Part shown: positions 1 through 11,377 of the stretch, piece after piece | Numbering within the stretch: the stretch's first letter is position 1 | Layout: each line of letters begins with the position of its first letter | DNA from: Amphiscolops sp. MND2022 | Taxonomy: Eukaryota | DNA: 64,000 nt | NCBI GenBank assembly: GCA_964187785.1 | Contig: OZ076410.1 | Location: forward strand, 28,396,001 to 28,460,000 | Reading direction: 5' to 3' | Made by a program: the position numbers and the translations under genes | Notes under the pieces: model-generated | Databases searched by the model: none | The model's input: the letters and a program-made list of their open reading frames with translations, nothing else | What the model was told of the DNA's origin: nothing

Positions 1-135
1 CCCTTACGAGACACAATTGAAAGTTTTGTGCGATAGTTCAACATCGCCCAGGAAACGTCAAAAAACTCTCTGCTCAGTCAAAGGAATAAAGTTACTTCAA
101 GAGATCAGTCGGTCTATCAATTCTTATCTTATGCA

Positions 136-1675
136 ATGACTTCCCATGAGTTTATTTTGGTTCCGACAGGAAATTACATTGAACAGCAACCAAAAAGCTT
201 GGAAATCCTAGATGATGCAACAATCAACGAAAAAGCAAAGATTTTGACTCTTTTGCAGAGACAACAACCACCCAAAGATCCAAAGGAAAACAAGACTCAG
301 TCCACCTTTTCATCAGAACCCGAGCGAGACATCATTGAGAAACAGGTTTTGAAATCACTGTCAATGATGAAAACCTGGCAGATAGAAAAACCGAAACCTA
401 TTCTCCGGAAAATTCATGACTCACCTGATGTATCAATAAACGAAGATGGATTTCTGACAGTTGATGACAAAGCAACATCACTCGAAGCAGCCAACTTTCT
501 CTTCAAATTACAACATCCGAAGACAGGCTTACATGATCCGGATTATAGAAAAGTTTTGTCAAAACTAGAACTTTCTCCCCAATTAATCCCCAATTCTGAC
601 GCTAAAAAGATTCTGCAGCCCTCTGTTTTGAGAAAAAAAGTCACCGCTTCGAGAAGCAAAACTCCGAAAATCGTCAAAGAAAGAAGACAATTTCGGAAGA
701 TGAATCAGTTAACGAAGATATTGAAAAAGAAGAGACTACAAAGAGACGTTGGGACCCCCTCTGAGGCCGAGATCCGGAAGCTTGAAGACATTTACAAAAA
801 GGGACCAGCTGCTTACGGCAGTGTCGAGAACTTAAAGAAAGCTAGTGGTTTAAGTTTGCGGAAAGTTGAAAATTTCCTTCAGGGTAAGAATGCTCAATCA
901 AAGTATCGCCAGTTTCATCGCAGGTTTCCACGTCTCAAAGTTATTGCATAGGATATCAACGAAATCTGGTCCATAGATGTTGCATACGTTGACGAGCTGG
1001 CAAAATACAATCATGGTGTAAAGTACCTGTTGGTAGCCGTTGACGTTTTATCACGGAAAGTGAGAGTTGAACCAATGCGATCAAAAACTGCCGGGGAAAC
1101 TGCTAAAACTTTCGCTCGAAGGATTACGAAGGAGAATCCTGAGAAACTTTGGTCAGACAAGGGGACCGAATTCAAAGGAGCATTCAAGCGGTTTTGTGAA
1201 TTACACAATATTGAGACATACACAACTCATAATTAGTCAAAATCAGCTTTTGCGGAACGAAATATACGGTCTCTGAAAAATATAATATACAAACACCTCG
1301 AAAATAAATGGTCTTATCATTATATCAAGGAATTACAGTCTTTCGTTATGACTAATAATTCTCGTGTCAACAGAATGACTGGCTTAGCCCCTAATAAAGT
1401 CAAAAAGCATCATGTATCACGGTTGATTTCATTGACAGCGGAACGCTCATCCGAACTAGTCAAAAAGCCGAATTTCAAAGTTGGAGACAGAGTTCGTATC
1501 GCTAAACAAGATTTGCCCTTCCTTCAAGAAAGGGTATAAGCAGAATTTCACTGACGAGATGTTCCGAGTTACCAAAATTGCAACGTTCAATCCACCAACA
1601 TACTACCTCGCAGATAGTGACGGCGAAGACATTGACGGGAAGTTTTACGAACCAGAATTGGTGAAAGCGCAATAA
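136..1675 (+). pseudogene. Unknown ORF running into a Maverick retroviral-like integrase; disrupted by stops and frameshifts
   Basis: LEDIYKKGPAAYGSV N-terminus; FPRLKVIA*DINEIWSID; VAVDVLSRK; WSDKGTEF; AERNIRSLK; FKVGDRVRI; GYKQNFTDE; GKFYEPEL. In-frame TAG at 949-951. Confidence 0.88.
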
Positions 1676-1676
1676 A

Positions 1677-2325
1677 ATGAACGAATTTGACATTTACATC
1701 GAATCTACTGGGTCCATGGATGCTTACCCCGGCAATAAAGTGGCTGTTTTTCGTAACCTTTTACCTGAACCGTTGCAACTGGACGGGGACTGGAGAGTAG
1801 CACTAGCACTCTACAAAAAAGCCTTTAGCTAAGGCTGAAATACAAGACAACCGAGTGCAGCTGAAATTCAATCAAGGTTACGGTCTTAGTTTCCACGACC
1901 GGAGTATCTTGAATGTTTTAGGCTTCAACGGTGTACCAGATACGATTCGCGGTGGTTTTTTTATTGACTCCAATAAACTGGTATAAGAGCAAGCTCAGCC
2001 AATCAAAAGTGACTTTCCCATTGATATTACCTCTGGAACCGACATTTGCTTCGTCTATTGTATTATGATAGAACAACAAAACATTGTAGGAAGCAAGGCG
2101 CCTATTTTACGTGTCATTGACACAAAAAGAAAGCTGGAAGACGGTGGTCTCACGGTGAACTCGACAACTACCCATAGAAGTTTTCGTGAGTTGCAATATA
2201 AAAAGTTAGTTTTGAGCTCCATCCGAGAGATTTTCATTGAACTAGTTACTGCTACTGGGTACTACGTTCCATTTTTGGGAACTGGTAGGGTTGTTCTCAC
2301 ACTCAAGTTCAGGAAGTTTGACTAA
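1677..2325 (+). pseudogene. Maverick minor capsid (penton) protein with internal deletion
   Basis: Matches 13840-14700 but lacks ~13970-14184 of that copy (junction at ~1810). Confidence 0.8.
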
Positions 2326-2326
2326 A

Positions 2327-2699
2327 ATGCAAAACTACTATTCTCGCCAAGCAACCTTGCCTCATTTTTCCGGACATGCGCGTCAGAGGGGTAGTGGAAT
2401 TGGATCGCTGGCACTAGGGAGTGGGACGAGTTGCGTTACCATTTGCCAAAAAAGTTCTATTACCCGCTGTCAAGTCTGTGGGCAAAGATTTACTTGTTCA
2501 AAGTCTACCCGAATTGATGGAAGTTGCCTCAAAGAAGAAATCTTTCAAACGAGCCGCGAAGTCAGCTCTGAAGAAAACAGTCAAAAAACAAGTAGGTGGA
2601 AGATCACGGCGGGAATCAAAGAAGAAAAACAGTCGACGTAAAAGAAAGCTACTGAGAAGTCGGTCCGATTTTTTCACTAAAGTCAAAAATGTCACCTAA
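2327..2699 (+). pseudogene. Small basic Maverick core-like protein, frameshifted
   Basis: MQNYYSRQ...RQRGSGIGSL followed by an amphipathic and K/R-rich tail; +1 frameshift at ~2415. Confidence 0.65.
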
Positions 2700-4006
2700 T
2701 AATTTACCCGTCGAGGCTAACCATAGCAGCTTGGATCTCTTCAAAAAGCCTTCACTACTCGTTACTTTTGATACCTCTTTCGACCAGAAAGTTGGACCTC
2801 TGTATGCTCCCAACAGTCCTACTTCGGAGTTCGAAGTAGTTGGAGATCGCACTACTTTCATCGACCTTCAAAACCTTTATTTGGAAGTCAAGTGTATAAT
2901 TTTGCAAGCCAACAGAAACAACCTGCGATATGACGCGACGGATGCTTTTCTCACTGATTCGCCTTGTTTCGTTAACAAAACTCTACATTCTCTTTTTTCT
3001 GATTGCACGGTGTCGGCGAATGGTTTCAAGATTTCGTCATCGAATGGTTGTTATGCACAGAAAGCATTTCTCGAGACAGAGTTTTCTCACAAAAAAGAAG
3101 CCAAGGACACTTGGCTGAAATGTCAAGGTCATTCTTATGAGAAATCATCTGCTACCTTCACAGGTGCTACCTTCACCACCCGACAAGGAGAAACAAAGGA
3201 GTCTACTACCATTAATTTCATTGGAAAAGTTGCTGCTGATGTTTTTCCTGTGACAAGCATCTTCTAAGTGGAGTTATTTTTCGTATATCTTTCCTGAGAA
3301 GCCGTCCCAATTTCAGTTTGATATACGATGACGATGCCAAAGATTACAAGATCGAAATTTCTCAAGCAAACTTGCATGTACGCAAAATGACAGTATCTGA
3401 CAACGTTTACTCGGCGATCGAAAGTACACTGGCTAAAGCTTCGGCTATGTATCGCTATACCGAAATCATTCCGAAAACGTTCAACGTTTCCAAGGGTTCG
3501 AAAAGCTGGAATCATGAAGACATTTTCAATCGTGAGCCAATTAGACGTTTTGCGCTAGCCATGACCACGAATTCGTCTTTTCTTGGCGCGAAAAGGGAAA
3601 ACCCTTTCCACTTCCGTAAGTTTGACTTGGAGAGTATAACTGTCTTGCGGAATGGTTATCCTATTGCCGGAACTCCTTTGCAGACAGACAATGACAAAAA
3701 CTGTATTTGAATTCGTTGGAAGCTCTGGCTTTCAGTTCCCACGGACATGGTAGTCCAATCGATGATTTCCCTGATCATTATGTTTTAGTTTTCGACCTAA
3801 CCAGCACGCAACAAGCATTGCATGATTACTTGTATCCTGAGTTGACTAACGAATCAATTTCAATCGATTTGCGATTCTCGAAGGACATATCAGACAGTCT
3901 AGAACTTTTCTTCTTGGGTGAACGATCTTCAACTATCTACATCAATTCTGCTGAAAAAATTCGCAAAAACTTTTATCTGGAGAGCAAAAGTGACACGAAA
4001 AAATGA
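2689..4006 (+). pseudogene. Maverick major capsid protein (double jelly-roll), frameshifted
   Basis: SSLDLFKKP, FIDLQNLYLEVK, YRYTEIIPKTF, PIRRFALAM, NPFHFRKFD, YVLVFDLT; split over ORFs 2689-3267, 3318-3710 and 3707-4006. Confidence 0.85.
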
Positions 4007-4319
4007 TTGGCGAAATTGCACTCTGGGAAAGAAGGTCATTTACAAGCCCTGAAAAGACATCGATGCACACCATGGATACATCACTAATGTTCAAGAACTG
4101 GAAATAATTCCGATTTTTCAGATTGCGTAAATTTTTGAAAGTCCAACAATCAAACATACTTCCTTGTATATTAGAGATTGCCATTGCAAATAATAGAACC
4201 AACATAATATCAAACTACCGTTTTTTTCTCTTTACTTTTTTCTTTTTCTCTCAGATGACATAGATCGTCATTATTCTACACCCTGAAATAGTTCTACACC
4301 CTTATGGTTTTTTCATGTT

Positions 4320-4690
4320 GAAAAATTGCTTTTTCTCGGAAACGATTTTCTCGGAAACATTCGAAGATGTTTCGTTTACAAAAGCGCTTGAGAAATGGTT
4401 AAGTTTGACGAATGAACAGGAAAGTCCTCTCGTTGGAACCCCGAAAAAATGGACACACCCTGTCTACGTCAAAACCGCCAAAGAATTGATTTCTAGAATT
4501 GATGACAAATGTTCGAAAGCATTCAACGCTCATCAAGGCAAATTCGGGTCTGAATGGCTGAACGTCGTTCCTTGTAAAAACCTAGGCCTCAAACTTGATG
4601 ATCAGCTACTTCGGATTTCAATTGATTTACGTCTCGAAGCCAACATTTGCGTTGCGCATACGTGCCACTGTGGTAAAAGAGTTGAACTTT
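4320..4690 (+). mobile_element. Fragment of an RLE-type (CRE-like) non-LTR retrotransposon C-terminal region
   Basis: GSEWLNVVPCKNLGLKLDDQLLRISIDLRLEANICVAHTCHCGKRV fits the WL..P...GL.L...FRIAL.LRLG...C.CG pattern preceding the RLE zinc knuckle. Confidence 0.6.
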
Positions 4691-4879
4691 TTATCAAGCT
4701 GCAATTTTTTTCTGCCTTTTCAGAAATTCATGTTCAATTTTTAATCTGAATAGTGATCTCGTGGTGATTCTGATCGCGAGAAAGCCTTCTTGTTCGGGTG
4801 GCTGTAAAGAGGTCGAACCTTTCGATCGAATTGCAGGGATTGAATGGAATGCGGTCGAATTTTATCGTATTTGTTGTAT

Positions 4880-5030
4880 CATACAACTTGTATGGCTCGG
4901 TCTTTTCGCTCCCTTCGCCAAGTAGCAACATTGAGGCATAGCCATATGGCACGTCGCTCGGCTTCGCTTCGCTCCTGCATTCAGGGTACTAGGGGTATGT
5001 GAACATATCTGACTACGTAATGAAATTTTC
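4880..5030. repeat. ~150-bp dispersed repeat with cgcttcgctc motifs, copy 1
   Basis: Near-identical same-orientation copy at ~53535-53670. Confidence 0.85.
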
Positions 5031-5089
5031 GATCCGAGTTGTTTCCATCCCATTCAAAAATTTGGTATGTCGACCTGAGGACTAACTCT

Positions 5090-5930
5090 GATTTCCGATC
5101 CTGTTCCTTCGACCTGTTTCCGCCCACCCTTCTTGTTCGTGGTCGATCAGTTGATTTTTCAACAATTAATCCGTTAGACGGTTGTTTAGAATACGTTCAA
5201 AGTTTTTTCCAATATGGCTAATAATTGACAGAGATCTATAGACAGATCGGTTCCGGTAGTCCGGTTTCGAGTGTTTTTTGATGAAAAGAGCACAGGCTTC
5301 ATGCCAAGGCCATTTAGAGGTGTCAAGGCACCGGTTGAACAAATTGATGAGAACCGTGGGGAAACATAGACCTGAAAATACTATCATTTTTGGGTGAAGA
5401 TCGTCGTCATCCAAAGAGCGCTATGCGTATAGTAATCTACCAAGGACTTCATCGAGCTTGTCCAGAGTAATGTCACTATTTAACCATTCGTTTCCATTGG
5501 TTTCGTTTTTCTCCATGTCATTCATCAGATTTTTGTCCATAAAGTCTTAAAGTATTGTCAAAAAATTCCTGTTTCAGGTGCCTCCCACTGAGGAAAGTGT
5601 CCAATAGAACTTTCGATTTTTCATGAAGAGAAGAAACATAGGAGTCCGACTGAAGAGTTCAAAGGAGCAAGCACGTCATCTTTTAGACTGGGAAGCACTT
5701 TTTGTAACGCTTTCCAAAAACGATTGCCATGTCTTTGTTTATTCTTTTCGTTCAGTCTGGAACGCGTCCAGTTGGATGGTGCAACTCTCAATTCACTTTT
5801 AAGTTCAATTCGCGCCATGTTTAGCGCCGCCATATTTGCTGTTCTCTTGAAAACTTTCCTCAACGTCCGGTGTTGAAGGCTCAATTCTGTCGGTGTTTTA
5901 TTCCAAAACAGTTTGCTATGCTTTGTAAGG
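5090..5930 (-). mobile_element. Decayed LINE reverse transcriptase (ORF2) fragment
   Basis: KPDYRNRSVYRSLSIISHIGKNFERILNNRL resembles the YRPISLLS.LGKILERI RT motif; multiple stops. Confidence 0.7.
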
Positions 5931-6094
5931 TTGACACCTAATCGCGTCGAAAACTTTCGGTCGAATTTCCAGCGACAAGCTGGGGTCGAAAAACCAGAAT
6001 CGTATTAAAATGATCGAAACCTCTCATCAAAATGTCAAAATTAGCAATCCAGGTAGAACCAACTTGGATCGACATATGGCAGGCAACTGATTCA

Positions 6095-6870
6095 GACTAT
6101 AAAACGTGCCTCGGATATGTCCTCATTTCCTCTAGTGCCCCGCGGCCCCTTATGTTCCCATCTTGCTAAGCGAGGTCAATTAGGAGCAAGACCTAGCGGG
6201 AACGGAGATCGCGAAGCTTCTCTGAACCCTTCAGACGGACTCCTATGTTTCTTCTTTACCTTAAAAATCGAAAGTTCTATTAGACACTTTCTTCAGTGGA
6301 AAGTATCTGAAAGAGGAATTTTTTGACAATACTTCTGTGATTCTATGGAAAAAAAATATTATGATTAAGGACCTGGAGAAAAACGAAACCTATGGAAACA
6401 AATGGTAAACACGAAACGACCAAAAACATTGTTACTTGAAAATGCTAGGTTTTCGGCAAATTCAAAGGGACAATTTGCCAAAAAAATTCGGCAAATTGTC
6501 CTTCACGTTCGGCAAATTGTCCCTAACCCTCCAGTTTGTGGAATGTTTTTCTACAAACTGGATCCTTAAATTCTACAAACTGGATCATTAAATTCTACAA
6601 ATTGGACACCCTTCACACAAGACCCTGACAGCTCCAACGCCCAAGATCTAAAGGAATAAGATATGAAAACCGAAATGTGGGGCGTACCCGGCGTATGCAC
6701 AATCATCCTCACCGTCGCAACGACCAACTCCAACTCTCCAACGACCAACTCTCCGTTCACGGTAGTTCTTTGCTCCTGTTCTATCTCGCTTAGCAAGATG
6801 GGAACATAAGCGGCCCCAAGGGGCCGCGCGGCGCCAGAGGAAATGAGGACATATCAGAGGCACCTTTTAT
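6095..6870. mobile_element. Non-coding MITE-like element bounded by ~80-bp inverted repeats
   Basis: 6095-6175 (actataaaacgtgcctcggatatgtcctcatttcct...cttgctaagcgag) is the reverse complement of ~6785-6870; no clear TSD. Confidence 0.6.
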
Positions 6871-7069
6871 ACTTTGCATCATTCCTACATTATTGAACCT
6901 ACTTTTTTTCTTCAATTCCAGAAATCTACAAACTGGTGTTCTACAAACTGGACCTAACCAGTTTTTGGAAAACAAAATTGTAGAATCATGTTTGTAGAAA
7001 AAAATTCTACAATTCTACAAATGGACCTCACTTTTCAACAAACTGGATTCTACAAACTGATACCTTACC

Positions 7070-8560
7070 TCCCAGGTCTTCAAGGCCTTCTTCACTGTTT
7101 TACAGCTCTTTCTGCAAAGCCTTCGATCGGGGTACGCACAGAAGAGATTCCCTTTTCTTTATATACTTGGATTTACAACCAATCAGTGTGTAATTTTGCC
7201 CTTGGTGAAGTCTTTGACGGTATCAGAAACCAATGAGTATGGTACGCCATATTCAGCAAACACGCCGGAGACAAGTTATTCTATAATTTTTTAATGGGCG
7301 TTCACTGCAAACGAAGGCTTCGAACATGAGGTCGAAGCTCGTTACAGTTGGGGCAAGTATTAAGGTAGCTCTCAATATCGCTGCTCTGTCCCGGCCACCA
7401 AGTTGGTTTATGACAAGTGATTAACGTTAATTTTCGTCCAAGCAAAAACTGTCGTAGACGACCGACGACATATACTTTCACCAACTCTTCCTTTTAAATA
7501 TTGCAACAACTCAATTCAGCTGCCGACAACCTCCTTGATACGTCATGCAATTGCAATTTTTAGTTCATCGGTTGTCACAGTGACCTCCTATTTAATAAAG
7601 CTGGACCTAGAACTCAGATGCTAATTCTTTTTTCAGCAAATTGAAAGCATTTGGGAATTTCGTTGTTAACTTTAAAGTTGTACCAGTTTTTCGAACTTCA
7701 GAAATCGGCTCAACCTAGTTGTGAAACTTGGGATGACCCTCCGGTGGAAGTTACTAATCCTAAGAATTGTTCCACTTCTTTGACATTGGAGAATGGTAAC
7801 ATGTTCAATATTTTATTGACATTTCGATCTTCTGCCTGTACTTTTTTTACTGAAGTGGTGTATCTTTGAAAATATATTTGTTTGATAATTGTACCAGACT
7901 TTGTTTCATTGGTTGTAAAACATATGATTTTCAATCGATTCCTCACCGCCTGCAATCGCTTCCAGCATTGACTGTCAAAAGTTCCAAAAACAGGGACATC
8001 ATCCGTCATCATTTCCTGTCAAACTCCTCAAAGCGTTGTGGCTTTTTTTCTTGGAAGATGACTGAAGCACTTTTCATAACTTTTTGGAGCCTCTCCATTC
8101 GGTACAGTTCATGAGTCGTATTAATAGTAGCAAGTTCTGAGCTTCGTCATCTATTTCGATTTAATAGTATGCTGACGACAAGTCAATTTTTCCAAACATT
8201 TTGGCACTATTCAATTTGTGAAATAGAGTTTCCGTGTCTGGCAATGGGTAAGCCTCTGTCATCATTTTGTCATTGACAAGGACTTTGTAGTAAGCGCGTG
8301 GTCAAAAGGATTCGTCCAAAGTTTTTTTTGCCAAAACAAAGGTGAGGAAATAATCAATCCAAAAGATTCGATGGGTAATATGATTCTGAATTTCCAGTTT
8401 TGACACTTCTTTCTTGACTGCATGCTATAAGGCTATTGCAACTTACTGAGCACGACAAAACTTGGGTTTGGTATCTGGTTTCAGTTTCATTGTTGCAGGT
8501 TGGCCCTTCTCGGCTGGCAACGGTTCAATTCTTCAAATTGGTTAAACTGGTTGACATGTT
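7070..8560 (-). mobile_element. Decayed Ty3/gypsy pol fragment (RT, RNase H, integrase)
   Basis: AYPLPDTETLF...FGKIDLSSAY, DDVPVFG, VKEVEQFLGLV, RQFLLGRKLTLIT.HKP, WWPGQSSDIESYLNTCPNC; domain order RT-RH-IN. Confidence 0.8.
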
Positions 8561-8769
8561 TAACGTCTGGTCCCATTAAACCTAAACGCTTCTAAGATTC
8601 GATTACAGCAACTCGTTGTGTGTGAGTGCGTCCTTTCCATCTTTTTTCACAGTCCAATAACTCGTGTCTCATTAGGTGGCCATCATGTTAGCTACCAAGA
8701 AACAGCAGTAGAAATAGTCAATTGACCAACGAAACTCTGAAACACAGAGACACATGAATACAACAATCT

Positions 8770-9030
8770 ACCGCTTTCTTTTCATAATAAATAGGACACA
8801 GCGCGAACACGTTATGATCGAAATTATAAAGGTAATGACATTTAGTTTAAGTGAAAGGTAAACGACCATTCTCAAGTGCGTCCAGAACATTTCCTGGTTT
8901 TTTTACAGCACCCGTTTTTGTAAGCATGTCAGCAAGCTGTTGTTTTGTGGCAACCCATTTGAATTGAATTGTACGTCCTTGTTATTCTTTGTACTTTGAA
9001 GAAAATAATTTCGGCACGCGAAGGATTCTT
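8770..9030 (-). mobile_element. Ty1/copia element, 3' piece (end of RNase H, possible PPT)
   Basis: Minus strand IQFKWVATKQQLADMLTKTG; purine tract gaaaagaaagcggtaga followed by TGTTG at ~8765-8785. Confidence 0.7.
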
Positions 9031-9270
9031 AGTAGTATGTACAATTGTTAGGTGATTAGAGGGTCAAGTGACTCCTCCACTCTTTCAACGGGTCGGTGAC
9101 TCCTCCACTCTTTCAACGGGGGATCGACTCCCGGATATTTTACGACCCTGAGATAAATTTTATGCCTTTCGCAGGGTGATAAAATTTCACTGCAAACAAA
9201 ACAAAACACTTCAAAATCGTTTTGTTTACATAGTGTCTGAGCAGAGAAAGAAGTGACCTATTTTACGCAT
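9031..9270 (+). repeat. Left terminal inverted repeat of the Maverick, containing two tandem gtgactcctccactctttcaacggg repeats
   Basis: Reverse complement of ~26990-27238. Confidence 0.92.
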
Positions 9271-9373
9271 CATGTTTACAATTACCTCAACAGAATGATT
9301 GTTGACATATTTAACTTACCAAAATCACACTATTTGCCCATACATCACGCTGTAGTTCCCAGACTTGGGACAA

Positions 9374-9679
9374 ATGAATCCCAGGCTGGATCAAAGTGCT
9401 TTGCTTTGTTTTCGGCAGTGTATTGCTTCTGACTCTGTGCTCATTCGTCATAATTTCTTACCATTCGATTCCACTTGCAAAAAGAATTAATCCAACAGCA
9501 ATAACAACAGAAAAGTCATGTTGGATGCCTCTCCTTCTTCAAATTGTCCTCTCCGATATGACGGGTTTTGTATGAACGAAGGTCAGTGTTACTTTTCAGT
9601 GAAAATAAACCAAGCTTCATGCTTGTGTAAAACAGACTATGGCGGTAGAAGATGTGAAAAATATTTGTGGTATCATTGA
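9374..9679 (+). pseudogene. EGF-like growth factor with N-terminal hydrophobic segment (frameshifted)
   Basis: 9518-9679 reads MLDASPSSNCPLRYDGFCMNEGQCYFSVKINQASCLCKTDYGGRRCEKYLWYH (C-7-C-5-C-10-C-1-C-8-C). An upstream frame reads WIKVLCFVFGSVLLLTLCSFVII. Confidence 0.85.
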
Positions 9680-10023
9680 CTGATCATTATAGTGAATACG
9701 TCCTTGAATAGCGTTGGTACGCCAGATGTCTCTTTTGATAGTTGACCGTTTCTGGAACTCGACGATTGTTCAAAGTACTCTACTTCAGCTTCCTACAAGA
9801 GACAACTCTGCTTTTCCAAAAGACTCATACAACAATTCATATGATACAACAAGTTTGATTCAACTGATCGCTGCACTTGTTATAGTCAAATTAGTTGTTT
9901 CTGCTGTTTTTCATCTCCGAGACTATGAGAGATGACCAAAACGAGTTTTTGATTGGCTACCCAAAGCGCTTGCAAATGCTTGAAACCATTCACTTCAAGC
10001 ACTTGGCTGTTTCTTGACCTGAA

Positions 10024-10520
10024 ATGCTAAACTACCAATCAGTTGTCATTGATTTCGAAGGTTTCCGCATCTCTAATTATCCATTTGTTGTTAAAGAATT
10101 AACCGTACGTGGGCTGGATTTCCACGCCACTATACTATTGAAACCACCATATACATCAAATTTGATACCGTCGAAGACACAAAAAGTTTATGCTCGGTTA
10201 TCAAAGAATATACACGGTCTCACTTGAGAATCAGGCGTTCACGATTACTCTTTTCTACTCTGCTTTTTCGTCAGTCTGAAAATACGTTTCCCGAACATTA
10301 TTGTTTATGCAAAAGGTTTCGAAAAGTGTGCCTATCTCCGTTGTTTCTTCATTCAAGTTGTCGATTTAGAAACTCTTAATTGCCCTAGCGCGAACCAAAT
10401 AAACCATCTTCCCAAATTCACTTGCTCCAATCACCTGGGCAGCTACCATCGCGCGCATTGTGCGAGAGAGAAAATAAATCTTTTCTACGATTGGCTCTCT
10501 CGTTGGAATCATTACTGTGA
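10024..10520 (+). pseudogene. DEDD/DnaQ-like nuclease with C-terminal C/H cluster, one premature stop
   Basis: VVIDFEGF..FVVKEL...LLKPP...HGLT*ESG...VYAKG...VVDLE..NCPS...CSNH......HCARE. Confidence 0.55.
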
Positions 10521-11095
10521 ACATTGCAATACTGATAATGTCGAAAGACAATCTACACCTTACCCTTTCTACGAACTTAACACTTTCAGTTATAACAACA
10601 GCTCATCTGGACAGTGATTGTAGTCAAGAAGATTGGTGTATTGAACTGATCAAAGAAGAGTACAAGAAAGTGGGTGAACACAGACTACTACGAAAGGCGG
10701 TCATCAGCTTATCTCCAACTGAATACCAACAATTCCTGCCTAGTACAAGCTCTGTTGATTCTTTTCTCAAGTTCGTCAGTACAAACCATGTCAAATCAAC
10801 GTCTCCAGAAATTGATGAAAGATCACAACATACCTCCTCCAAAAATTCCCAAACCATCTGATCCCGTCATTCTGTCCGGTGTCGAAGATCCTTTGTTACC
10901 GGTACAGATAGCGAAAGAACTACCATCACGGGATGATGTTGTGGAAATAGCCTATTTTGCCCCTTTCAGAAATTGGAGAGGTCAATTCAGAGTAACTTTC
11001 AAGAAAAATGGAAACTTTAATTCTTGTCGGTTTCATGTATGATTTAATTTGTATTCTTCATAAACATAATTCAAATCTTTGTCTCATTCTCTTTT

Positions 11096-11377
11096 TTGAT
11101 GGCAACGCAAGCCGTCGATACCACAGACGCAATCGGCGTCGAAAGTTTAGTTTTTCAAGGTGATCAGAGTGAACGCTCATCTTGGAAATTCTGCAATTCC
11201 ACAACCTTACCGCGTTCTGAGGTAGTTTTTTTCTTCCAAGCACTAATTTTATTGATTCTCATCATCGCAGTTCTAGTGAAACTACTTTTTTATGAAGTAC
11301 CTCGCGAAGAGATGCCATTCTGGGTGTCACTTTTATCTGCTGCAGTCGGGTATATTCTTCCCAATCCACGACTATGA
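11096..11377 (+). CDS. Small two-TM membrane protein of the Maverick, upstream of the ATPase
   Basis: Intact ORF; two hydrophobic helices ending SLLSAAVGYILPNP. Confidence 0.65.
   Translation: MMATQAVDTTDAIGVESLVFQGDQSERSSWKFCNSTTLPRSEVVFFFQALILLILIIAVLVKLLFYEVPREEMPFWVSLLSAAVGYILPNPRL

Larger units (their letters stand above)
1..4029 (+). mobile_element. Partial Maverick/Polinton copy (integrase-mCP-core-MCP block), truncated a few codons into the protease; left end lies outside the window
   Basis: Near-identical to ~12170-16409; similarity stops at ctctgggaa (4029). It lies outside the TSD-bounded element at 9031-27238. Confidence 0.92.

Noticed and set aside
1-4029. Internal tandem duplication of the 9031-27238 Maverick
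   Set aside because: It lies outside the TIR/TSD boundaries and is separated by unrelated retroelement fragments.
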